Positions 20,441 through 28,962 are shown, counted from the stretch's first letter. The stretch: DNA of 32,000 nucleotides from Cupriavidus necator (GCF_016127575.1 NZ_CP066019.1:2280001-2312000); one strand, 5' to 3'. Numbers and translations: made by a program. The notes: generated by a model not told the origin, from the letters alone.

Positions 20441-20716
20441 CCAGTTGTCACGCTGACGTCCGCTGGAGGTATTTCAGCGACCTGTTAATCCTTGCTTCAA
20501 CAATTTCATCCTATCCATACCTTGTGGCAAATCATTTTGTCGCCCCACTAATGTATCGGATATGCCGTCCATCGATCATGGATAACATTGTGGTTCTGAT
20601 AGCCCGTTGGTCGGGGGCAGGCTGATTGCCGTGACTCAATTCCACAGGGCCTACCGGGTTCGACACGTTACTGATTCGAGGGCGCGGCGTCAGCTTGCGG
20701 CCCCTTCGTATGTCTT

Positions 20717-21112
20717 TCACGGACTGCCAACATGCCCGTAAGTAATGCTCTCGATGCGAATCCAATCACATGAGAATGCCAACGTAGTTTGATTTTTGCA
20801 TACAAACCGCACAGATACTGATTCTTCCATATCCTCCCATTCGAACTTGTCGATGATGTTCTCATGCCCCCAGTGGCTGAAGGACAAGCAGCTCAAGCCG
20901 ACAAATGATAGCTTAATATGAACCACGTCATAGTTCTTGGGCCATCGGTCAGGGCAAGATTTTGGCTTCTCTTCAGTTATAAGCTTGACCGATAGCCGCG
21001 GCTCATCGCGCTTGACATGGACGTCAGAAAGTTCAGATCCACTAAGTGACGGAAACTCACCATATATGGAAATCATGGCTTTGGGATTCATTAACCTCGC
21101 AGTTGTCTTCAT
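20717..21112 (-). CDS. Putative cognate immunity protein of the Rhs C-terminal toxin (Imm50-like pattern, family unverified)
   Basis: This 131-aa ORF starts within the Rhs stop: the ATGA at 21109-21112 implies translational coupling. Its GC is about 40-50% by hand count of sample lines. The sequence is ...ISIYGEFPSLSGSELSDVHVKRDEPRLSVKLITEEKPKSCPDRWPKNYDVVHIKLSFVGLSCLSFSHWGHENIIDKFEW...VSVRF...LAFSCDWIRIESIT. It resembles my memory of Imm50-family members. The position is the canonical immunity slot of polymorphic toxin loci. Confidence 0.7.
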   Translation of the reverse strand: MKTTARLMNPKAMISIYGEFPSLSGSELSDVHVKRDEPRLSVKLITEEKPKSCPDRWPKNYDVVHIKLSFVGLSCLSFSHWGHENIIDKFEWEDMEESVSVRFVCKNQTTLAFSCDWIRIESITYGHVGSP

Positions 21113-24100
21113 TTCTTATTCCGGCAATTGAAATGGTAATGATCGTCCATACCATCGACTTTGCCCGTCCGAGTATTGTCTTCGGGGCGTACATTATGGT
21201 GCGACGGCTGGTCGCCAACACCTCCTTCATTGTAGTAGTGCCCTGCCGAGTGGTCTTGAATAATCACATTCTTCCCATTCAACTGATAGGTCAACTCTCT
21301 GGTCATGATCGGGTGCTTGTCGTTGCCGAGGATCCAAGCACCGCTTGAGTCAGTTAATGGAACCATTTTCTGACTTGTTGGTTGCTGAGACATTGGAATG
21401 CCAAGCTGTCGCCGAACTTCTCTCAGACTAGCGCGCCGCGTCTGACTGCATGCCAGCCCGAGCGGATCAACCCAGCTTATCGGGTTCGGCGCGTACTGAT
21501 TCAGGTTCAGCCCGCCAGCCAGCCCGATAGGGTCTTTGGAGACGAAGCGCCCGGTTCCCGGATCATAATACCGGTGCCGGTTGTAGTGCAGCCCATTCTC
21601 GTGATCGTAATACTGCCCCTGGAAGCGCAGCGGATTCTGGATGCCGGCCTTCCTCGCGGCGTTCGAGATTGCCTCCTGCGCGGCGCCCCATGCCTTGTAC
21701 TGCGCGCTCCACGCCAGCTCGCCCGCCTCGTCGGTCAGTTCCTGCGGCGTGCCCAGGTGGTCGCATTGATACCAGGCCAGCGCCTCGAACGGCTGCGGCG
21801 CAATCTCGCGGGTCCACAGCGGATCGTCGTCCAGGTCGTAGTCGCCCTCCCAGGCGGGTTCAGGCAGCAGGTCGATGGCCTCGCGCCGCACCGCCTGCGC
21901 CAGCGGCACCAAACTGCCCGGCTCGTACAGGTAGTGCGTGGTGCGCTCCGCACCCGGTATTATCCGGAAGTGGTCGCCGACACCGGCCTCGGGTTCCTGG
22001 CGGCTCTCCCACGCAAGTTGGTCACCGTCCCAGCCATACAGCGTGAAGGCGCAGCCGTATTCCTGGTTCAGCCGTGCCCGCTCGTTGCGCCGGTAGATTT
22101 CGCCGTCATTCTGATTCTCGAAGTAGTTGGCCGATGACGACTTGGACAGCCGCCGCCCAAGTGCGTCGTACCGGTAACGCACCTCCACCTTCGGATTGTG
22201 CCAGCCCACCAGCCGGTTGAAGGCATCCCAGGCGAAGCGCTCATGGACACCGTTGACCACGCGCAAACTCAGGTTGCCGCGCTCGTCCCACTCGTAGTGG
22301 GTACCGGCGTACTGCTTGAGCAGGTTGTCCACCAGCTTCGGGCGGCCTTGCAGGCGGCTGTGGAACTCGGGCCGGCCACGGGCCGGGTCGGCTTTGAATA
22401 CGCGCGTGTCGGGGTCGTGCAGCAGATTGCCCGCCGGGTCGAAGTCAAAGGTTTCCACCCCGAGCGCGCTGTTGGCCTCCAGCAGGCGCCCCACCGGATC
22501 GTAGCGGTATTGCAGCGTGCCGCGCCGCAGGTCGCGGATGCTGGACAGTTGCCCCGCCGCATCGTATTGGTACTCGCGGCGCAGCATGCGCTGGCCCGCA
22601 TGGGCGCCCTCGACGTGTGAAAGCGTCTGCTCCAGGAGGCGTCCCGCGGGGTCGTACACCTGCGACTGCGCCAGCCGGTTGCCCTGCGTGCGGGCAATGT
22701 CCCGGTGCAGGTTGTCGCGCTCGAACTGCACCAACTCCCGGTCGTCCAGCATCACGCCGTGCACATGGCCCGAGCCGTAGGTAAGCACGCCCACGCGGTG
22801 CCCGTCCGGGCGAACGGTGGCGATGCGCTGGTTCAGCGCGTCGTATTCGTGCCGCCACACGGCCACCAGCGGCTCCTTCAGGCAGCGGTAGTGCTGGTGC
22901 TCGCGTACCACATTGCCCGCTGCATCGTGGAACCATTGCAGGCGGCTGTCGGCGTTTTCGGCCAGGATCAGGCGCCCGTTGCCGTTATAGGCGAAGGTTT
23001 CCGTCAGTACATGCGGCACCCGGTTGTCGGCGTCAATCAGCCCCGCACGGCGGCGCGTGAGGCGACCCATGGCGTCAAAGACGAAATCCGTCATCAGTTG
23101 GCCCGAGTCCACCGTCCAATCCAGCAAGCCGCTTGCCGGGTCGTAGTTGTACTCGGTCGTCTTGCCGTCGAAACCGCTCTCGCGCAGCAGGCGCCCCACC
23201 GGGTCGTACTGGAATTCGGTGCTGGCGCTGTTCTCGTTGGTGAGCGTGGCCAGCCGTCCCAGCCGGTCCCACCGGTAGCCGAGCGTCTGGCCGGCGGCGT
23301 CGGTGCGCTCGGCAATCAGACCGACCTCGTTATAGCGCCAGGCGGTGCGGCGGTGCAGCGCATCGGTGTGCACCAGCAGCCGCCCCTCGGCGTCGCGCTC
23401 GAAGCGCTCCACCCGCTGGTCGGGATGGGTAACGCTGGCGAGCTGCCCGGCCTCGTAGTGGTACTGGGTGGCATTGCCCGCCGCATCGGTGAACCTGACC
23501 AGTTCCCCGCGCTCGCCGTACTTCCAGGCGCTGGTCTTGCCCGAGCAGTCGGTGTAGCTGGCCAGCTGTCCGGTGGCGGTGAAGGCGAGCTGCTTCTTGC
23601 CGCCCTTGGCATCGGTGATCTCCACCGGCAAGCCCGACTTGTTGTAGGCGTATGCTGTCTTGTGCCCGAGCGGATCGATTTCCTCGGTCAGGTTGCCCTT
23701 GATATCGTAATCGCGCAGCCACAGCCCGCCCTCGGCGTCGCGGATCTTGATGAGCTGGTCCTTATCATCCCAGGCGTAGTGCACCACGCTGTCGTCGGGG
23801 CGGATGTGTTCGACCAGATTGCCGCGCTCGTCGTAGGCATAGCGATCGACCGCGCCATCGGTGTGCACATGCTTGACCACGTTCTTGGCGTGGTCGCGGA
23901 AGAACCACTCCGACAAGCCATCCGGGTGCTGGATGCGATAGGTGTAGCCGAGAATGTCGTAGTAATGCCAGGTCTCGTTGCCATGGGCATCGGTAACGTA
24001 GGTCAGCCGGATGTTCTCGTCCCACTCCAGGCGGGTATCGAAACTACCATCGTCGGCCCATTCGCGCACGGCCCTGGCGTCCGGGCCGTCACCTTGCCAC

Positions 24101-25866
24101 TGCAGGTTCATGCCGCGCCCGGTGCGGTCGGTATAGCGCGTGACGAGATGGTGCTGATAGGTGTACTCCCAATGCGCGGCGTTCTCGTCCTGCGCCATGG
24201 TGAGGTCGCCCGCATCGTCGTAGGTGTAGCGGGAAAGCTGGCGCACCAGCTTGCTGTCTGCGATCTGCCACAACTCGGCAATGCGGCCCTTGGCATCCGG
24301 GCGCACACCAACGTGGGCGAAGACGGTCTCGCCCTGATAAGCGATCACGTCCGACAGCACGGTGTCGCCGTCAATGCGGTGGTCGTAGTGCAGCGCGACA
24401 CCTGCACCGCTTCTAAGCGTAATGCCGGTCAGGCGGAAGCGCTGACCATGGCGCCGGTAGGTTTCCTGGCTCTCGAAGCCGCGCGCCAGCGTCAGGCCGT
24501 TCTCCGACACCCGCACCAGCGTCACGTTATCGATGGGGTCGTGGTGGAACTTGCCCACCGCCGGCAGCGGGTAGTCGTGGCTGCGCCCGTCGGCGGCATG
24601 GTAGCGCAGCGCTTCCTGGCCCTCCTTGCGTATCACATCAAAGCGCGTGGTGTACGGCGTGATCCAGCGCGCGCCCTGTTCACCGCCGTCATAGGCGCCC
24701 AGGCTGGAGCGGTAGGTGCGCGCCCAGTCGATGGGGAACAGCCCCGGCAAGACAAAATCGGTGTGCGACAGCGTTTCGTCGCCCATTGCAAAACTGATGC
24801 TGTTGGTGCTGCCCGCCGGCGCGGGACAGTTCTTGCAGCGGGGGCTGGCCTTGGCCGGCGCCTGGTGGCTGCTCACCTCCAGTTCGCCTTCGTGGCCGGT
24901 CTTGCGGGCCTGGCTGGTTTGCTTCGGGTGGACGTTGGCGGCCTGATGGTTGCCTTTCCTCTTGCGCCAGGCAGCCACCGCCTGGACCAGCATCGACAGC
25001 AGCCAGCCAATGCTGTGCTGTAGCCTCGGGTCGGCGAGCCTGGTCATCTGCGCGCGCAGCACGGGCCCCATGGTCCGCAACTGGCCGACATGGGCCACCA
25101 CCGTCTGCCGGATTTCGGCCGGCATGCCAACCTTGACCGCCGTGTTGACAACGGCCTTGCCAGCGGCCTTGTAGGCGTTCCAGGTAGCGTTCAAGAAGTT
25201 GCCAATGGCCTTCTTGGGATCATGCAGGAGTTGGCTGGCACCTTCTCGTGCCTGGCTGACCGCTGTTTGCGCATTGCCGGCAGCGTTGAGCTTGCCCAGC
25301 GCCACCTTCTCCAGGCCGCCGGCGACCTCCAGCACCATCTTCTCGCCCAGCACCCCGGCATCATTGAGAATGGTGGCGAGCTTGGCCTGCGCCTTGGCCA
25401 CGAAGTCATCGATCTCACCGATGATGGTGGCGTTCAGGTGCCCGACCAGCACCTCGATGATCCCATCCCCCAGCGCGGCCTTGGCCGCCTGGCGTAGCTC
25501 CTGGCGCACCAGCGCCAGCGTCGGGCGCAGGCTCATCCTCGCGGCGGCCATGGTCGGCGGCGCGGGCAACACGCCGATCAGGTTGATGCCCAGGCTCACC
25601 CAGTCCAGGAAGTTCTGCGACTTGGTGCGTACCAGCGTGACGACATCGCCCAAGGCGTCGACCAGCGCGATAATGTTGCCCACCACCGGCAGGCTGCCCG
25701 CCACGGTCTTGATGCGCTCCAGCGTCACGAGGCCGCCGCTGGCGCTTTGCAGCCAGGCGTCGAACCTGGCGGCGCCCTTGCCGATGTCCTCGAGCGCGAT
25801 GGTGTTCAGGGGCGCGACGGCGGTTTGCGGCTCGCGCGGCTTTGCTGCGGGTGTAGGTTCAGCCAT
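21109..25866 (-). CDS. Rhs-family T6SS effector with an unassigned N-terminal domain, a YD-repeat shell and a 114-aa C-terminal toxin tail
   Basis: This is a 1585-aa ORF. Residues from about 355 read ISFAMGDETLSHTDFVLPGLFPIDWARTYRS, the Rhs N-terminal plug region. Many YD repeats follow (YTYDDAGDL, YAYDERGNL, YRWDRLGRL, YQYDAAGQL, YRYDPVGRL). The RHS core end reads YYDHENGLHYNRHRYYDPGTGRFVSKDPIGLAGGLNLNQYAPNPISWVDPLGL, and its last codon ends at 21454. The variable tail is encoded at 21112-21453. Confidence 0.95.
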   Translation of the reverse strand: MAEPTPAAKPREPQTAVAPLNTIALEDIGKGAARFDAWLQSASGGLVTLERIKTVAGSLPVVGNIIALVDALGDVVTLVRTKSQNFLDWVSLGINLIGVLPAPPTMAAARMSLRPTLALVRQELRQAAKAALGDGIIEVLVGHLNATIIGEIDDFVAKAQAKLATILNDAGVLGEKMVLEVAGGLEKVALGKLNAAGNAQTAVSQAREGASQLLHDPKKAIGNFLNATWNAYKAAGKAVVNTAVKVGMPAEIRQTVVAHVGQLRTMGPVLRAQMTRLADPRLQHSIGWLLSMLVQAVAAWRKRKGNHQAANVHPKQTSQARKTGHEGELEVSSHQAPAKASPRCKNCPAPAGSTNSISFAMGDETLSHTDFVLPGLFPIDWARTYRSSLGAYDGGEQGARWITPYTTRFDVIRKEGQEALRYHAADGRSHDYPLPAVGKFHHDPIDNVTLVRVSENGLTLARGFESQETYRRHGQRFRLTGITLRSGAGVALHYDHRIDGDTVLSDVIAYQGETVFAHVGVRPDAKGRIAELWQIADSKLVRQLSRYTYDDAGDLTMAQDENAAHWEYTYQHHLVTRYTDRTGRGMNLQWQGDGPDARAVREWADDGSFDTRLEWDENIRLTYVTDAHGNETWHYYDILGYTYRIQHPDGLSEWFFRDHAKNVVKHVHTDGAVDRYAYDERGNLVEHIRPDDSVVHYAWDDKDQLIKIRDAEGGLWLRDYDIKGNLTEEIDPLGHKTAYAYNKSGLPVEITDAKGGKKQLAFTATGQLASYTDCSGKTSAWKYGERGELVRFTDAAGNATQYHYEAGQLASVTHPDQRVERFERDAEGRLLVHTDALHRRTAWRYNEVGLIAERTDAAGQTLGYRWDRLGRLATLTNENSASTEFQYDPVGRLLRESGFDGKTTEYNYDPASGLLDWTVDSGQLMTDFVFDAMGRLTRRRAGLIDADNRVPHVLTETFAYNGNGRLILAENADSRLQWFHDAAGNVVREHQHYRCLKEPLVAVWRHEYDALNQRIATVRPDGHRVGVLTYGSGHVHGVMLDDRELVQFERDNLHRDIARTQGNRLAQSQVYDPAGRLLEQTLSHVEGAHAGQRMLRREYQYDAAGQLSSIRDLRRGTLQYRYDPVGRLLEANSALGVETFDFDPAGNLLHDPDTRVFKADPARGRPEFHSRLQGRPKLVDNLLKQYAGTHYEWDERGNLSLRVVNGVHERFAWDAFNRLVGWHNPKVEVRYRYDALGRRLSKSSSANYFENQNDGEIYRRNERARLNQEYGCAFTLYGWDGDQLAWESRQEPEAGVGDHFRIIPGAERTTHYLYEPGSLVPLAQAVRREAIDLLPEPAWEGDYDLDDDPLWTREIAPQPFEALAWYQCDHLGTPQELTDEAGELAWSAQYKAWGAAQEAISNAARKAGIQNPLRFQGQYYDHENGLHYNRHRYYDPGTGRFVSKDPIGLAGGLNLNQYAPNPISWVDPLGLACSQTRRASLREVRRQLGIPMSQQPTSQKMVPLTDSSGAWILGNDKHPIMTRELTYQLNGKNVIIQDHSAGHYYNEGGVGDQPSHHNVRPEDNTRTGKVDGMDDHYHFNCRNKK

Positions 25867-25907
25867 AGGTCAAGTCAAGGATTGTTCGTATTCTTGGCTC
25901 GATGTGC

Positions 25908-28862
25908 TCAGACAAAGCCGGGCACGCGCATCGTGGTCTGCGTGGGATGCGGGCTGGCCTTGGCAAGCGTCGGCGTGCCTGCGGTTGGCATGGCCTCGCC
26001 CAGCAGGCTCTGCGCACCGGACAGGCCCAGGCCAACCAAGCCGGCAGGACCGGCCTTGACCGCGCCGGCCACTTGTTGCGCCAGTTGCAGTGCCTGGGTG
26101 GCCTGTCCAGCGGCTGCCAGCACCTGGCTTGCCATGGCGCCGGCGGCGGTGCCGACAGCAATGCCTGAAGCCTGCGTCAGCGCGCCTGCGCCGTCGGCCG
26201 ATGCGCCGGCCGGCGGCCAGGTTGGCTTGGCGACATAGCTGCCCTCGGCCCAGGTATCGGTCGGGTCCTTACCAAAGCTGACCCTGGCCGGGCCCGGTGC
26301 GATGCCGCTAACCGCCGCGAAGCCCTTGGTGTCGAGCTTGCCAGTGGTGACCTTGCCCAAGGCGTCCTCGACCGTGAAGTCGCCACCATCGATACCCAAG
26401 CGGTTGGCGTAGTGATTGAACAGTTCGAGATTGCCCTTGCCGGGCTTGGGCGGCTCGGGGAACTGCGCGACATACTTCTGCGCACTGGTGAAGGTATAGC
26501 TGGCCGCGTGGATGGTGTATGGGCCGCTCGTCTTGTGGGTGATGCCGCCCGCGTTGTAGATGGTGGCGCTGCCACCGCCCGCCACCACCAGTTCCTCCTT
26601 GGCCGACAGCGTGATGCGGTTGGCCGTGGCCGTGACGTTCAGCTTCGCCAGCAGGTTGATGCTGTCCTGCAGCGCGCGCAGGTCGATGTCGCCCCCGGCG
26701 GCGACCAGCCGCCAGCCCATGCTCTGGATGAAGATGCGCACGCCCCGGCTTACGCTCGCCAGCAGGCGCTGCCCGATGGCGAGGCTCGTGTGCCCGGCGC
26801 TGGTGAAGGCCAGGTGCTCTCCAGCGGCGAAGTGGGTCGAGCGCGCGGTACTGGCCTCGATGCCGGCCGGGCTAGCCAGTACCAGGTGGGGCGCGGCCAG
26901 TTCTGGGAAGTCGCCGGTCTCGGCGTTGGCGGTACCATTGCCCCGGATGTCGTCGTTCTGCGCCTTGATGATCTTCGCGACCTCGGCTTGGTCGGTGCAC
27001 TCTTGCGCGTCGTGTTCCTGCGCCAGTTCCGCCAGCGTCTCCTGCTGGTCACGCGCCACCGTGAGGCGCTGCACCGTCTCGCCCATGTCCTTGTGGTGGG
27101 CACTGGCGTTGGCGCGGGGCTCGGTGGTAAGCAGCATGCCATTGGCACGCACCACGCCCTGCGCGTCGGAGCGCAGCTCGAAGCCTTCGCCACGCTTGTC
27201 CTTGCGGCCACTGCCGCGGATGATGCGAGTGAGGAAGCCCAGCCCCAGCCACGAGGTCTGGTGGTCACTCTGCAGCTGGGTCTGGATCTGTCCTTCGCTG
27301 GCGTCCTGCACAAAGGTATTGGTGCGATTCCCGTGCACCTCCTTGCTGACGAAGCCCGACAGCGCGTGGAACTCCGGTAGCGGCCACTGCGGCATGTTCA
27401 GCTTGTTGGGCACGCTGCCGGTCACGATAGGGCAATCCGGATCGCCGTTCAGGTGCTCGACCATCACCTCCTGACCGATGCGCGGCACGTGCACGGCGCC
27501 GAAACGCTCGCCCTGCCAGGACGAGGCCACCCGCACCCAGCATGAGCTATTGGCGTCGCGCTTGCCTTGCCGGTCCCAGTGCAGCTGAATACGGATGCGC
27601 CCGTACTCATCGGTCCACGTTTCCTGGCCCTCTGGACCGACCACGGTGGCGGTCTGCGGCCCGTGGGCGCGCGGCTTGGGCTGGGTGCGCTCGGGGCGGA
27701 ACAGTTCGTTGGACGGCTGGGCGGTGAATGCCACCTCGCAGCGCCACGGCTGGCTGCCGCCCGACGCTTCCGGTACGTCCTCGATCAGCAGGTGCGTGCC
27801 GAGAATGATGTATTCGCGGTTGGCCTTGGGCTGGATGAAGTTCGCCAGCGTGAAGGTGCAGCCGGGCACCATGGCGCGCACATTCCCGCGCCCGCTGGCG
27901 CGGCTGCCATGCTGGCGCAGCGCTTCCATGCGCTGCCGGGCCACCTGGTCGCCTTCCTTCCACGGGTCGTTGCCGGTGGCCGGCTGGCTGTGGTCGCCAG
28001 GGAACTCGTAGATTTCCTGGCCGGCGTGCGCGGTGTCGAGTGGATCAGCAGCGCGTACCGTCAAGTCGGCCCGCGTCTTGACGAAATCGTAGTCGGAACT
28101 GGTCCACTGGCCCGACACCAGCCGGTCGTGCAGCTCGAACTCATGGAGGTGTTCCTCGTCGATGCGGTCGGACGAGCGTGCCCAGCGGATCGAATGGTAG
28201 GCGGAGCTGGCAAACGGGGCAAAGGCGCCGTTGCCGTCGGTCAGCACCAGCCGGTGCTTGCCCTCGCTGTGTTCGATGTGCCAGGAAATCCCCCATTCTT
28301 GAGTGAGGCGCTGGAAGAAGTCGAAATCGCTCTCGCCATACTGGACCTGGTATTCGCGTTTGGGGTAGCGCGCCACGTCCAGGCGCCGCTCGACCGGGAA
28401 GGTATAGTCCGAGAGCAGCGTGTCGAGGATTTCGACGGCGCTTTGCTGCTGGAAAATGCGGAAGTCCTTGGTCAGTGTCGCCAGCCACAGCCAGGGGCGC
28501 AGGGTGAGGCGATAGACAATCTGGTGACCGACTGCAATGGGGCCTCGCACATCGGTGACCATGCCCGTGATTTCTCGCGTGCCCGCGCCGACACCGCCCG
28601 CCATTCCGGTGCCCATGCCGTCGAGCTGAATCGTGACGGTCAGCTCCTGGCCGCGCAGCGCCTTCGTATCGAGGTCCGCCGCCGGGCCGAACAGCGCTTG
28701 GCGGTCGTCCGGCGTCTTCAGCTCCAACTCGTATTCGAACAGTTCGCACAAGCGCTCGGTGCCAGACAGCTTGGAAAGCACCAACGCGGGCTGCCCCATC
28801 AATTCGGGCAGGCCATTGCCCTTGACAGTGACGGTACGAGAGGAAAGCGATCGGCTGCCCAT
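25908..28862 (-). CDS. vgrG: Type VI secretion spike protein VgrG with a C-terminal extension
   Basis: This is ORF 25908..28910, trimmed to the ATG at 28862. It reads MGSRSLSSRTVTVKGNGLPELMGQPALVLSKLSGTERLCELFEYELELKTP..., the gp27-like region. ...CWVRVASSWQGERFGAVHVPRIGQEVMVEHLNGDPDCPIVTGSVPN is the gp5 OB-fold. DUF2345-type beta-helix repeats follow, then about 184 extra residues. The gene ends 41 nt upstream of the rhs start. Confidence 0.95.
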   Translation of the reverse strand: MGSRSLSSRTVTVKGNGLPELMGQPALVLSKLSGTERLCELFEYELELKTPDDRQALFGPAADLDTKALRGQELTVTIQLDGMGTGMAGGVGAGTREITGMVTDVRGPIAVGHQIVYRLTLRPWLWLATLTKDFRIFQQQSAVEILDTLLSDYTFPVERRLDVARYPKREYQVQYGESDFDFFQRLTQEWGISWHIEHSEGKHRLVLTDGNGAFAPFASSAYHSIRWARSSDRIDEEHLHEFELHDRLVSGQWTSSDYDFVKTRADLTVRAADPLDTAHAGQEIYEFPGDHSQPATGNDPWKEGDQVARQRMEALRQHGSRASGRGNVRAMVPGCTFTLANFIQPKANREYIILGTHLLIEDVPEASGGSQPWRCEVAFTAQPSNELFRPERTQPKPRAHGPQTATVVGPEGQETWTDEYGRIRIQLHWDRQGKRDANSSCWVRVASSWQGERFGAVHVPRIGQEVMVEHLNGDPDCPIVTGSVPNKLNMPQWPLPEFHALSGFVSKEVHGNRTNTFVQDASEGQIQTQLQSDHQTSWLGLGFLTRIIRGSGRKDKRGEGFELRSDAQGVVRANGMLLTTEPRANASAHHKDMGETVQRLTVARDQQETLAELAQEHDAQECTDQAEVAKIIKAQNDDIRGNGTANAETGDFPELAAPHLVLASPAGIEASTARSTHFAAGEHLAFTSAGHTSLAIGQRLLASVSRGVRIFIQSMGWRLVAAGGDIDLRALQDSINLLAKLNVTATANRITLSAKEELVVAGGGSATIYNAGGITHKTSGPYTIHAASYTFTSAQKYVAQFPEPPKPGKGNLELFNHYANRLGIDGGDFTVEDALGKVTTGKLDTKGFAAVSGIAPGPARVSFGKDPTDTWAEGSYVAKPTWPPAGASADGAGALTQASGIAVGTAAGAMASQVLAAAGQATQALQLAQQVAGAVKAGPAGLVGLGLSGAQSLLGEAMPTAGTPTLAKASPHPTQTTMRVPGFV

Positions 28863-28948
28863 GCAAACACGCTCCGTGAGAATGGATTGGTGACTGCCAC
28901 AGGCAGCCAATGGCTAGCTATTTTGCGGGGCGATCGCTGCGCCCGCAC

Positions 28949-28962
28949 TTGATGCGCATCAA
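28949..28962. promoter_or_regulatory. Perfect 14-bp palindrome TTGATGCGCATCAA upstream of vgrG, a candidate operator
   Basis: The palindrome was read directly and lies 87-100 nt upstream of the vgrG ATG (28862). It sits at the edge of the AT-rich block 28960-29060. Confidence 0.4.

Noticed and set aside
20655-20667. cgggttcgacacg, resembling a tRNA T-loop (GGTTCGA) and hence a possible tRNA-fragment att site at the islet edge
   Set aside because: The flanking bases cannot form a T-stem or an acceptor stem. No tRNA gene or integrase is present in the window.
21046-21348. A plus-strand 100-aa ORF antisense to the Rhs toxin tail, considered as a possible alternative immunity gene
   Set aside because: It has no Shine-Dalgarno sequence and no recognisable motifs. 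It overlaps both the toxin tail and the start of the much better placed, translationally coupled minus-strand ORF 20717..21112.
28875-28900. A sigma-54-like GG-N10-GC element (ttggctgcctgtggca) upstream of vgrG, and TGGCACCTAATGCCA at 4152-4166 upstream of the fimbrial operon
   Set aside because: The spacing between the GG and GC dinucleotides is off by one and by two nucleotides respectively from the TGGCAC-N5-TTGC consensus. The second sequence is better described as a short TGGCA/TGCCA dyad of unknown meaning.
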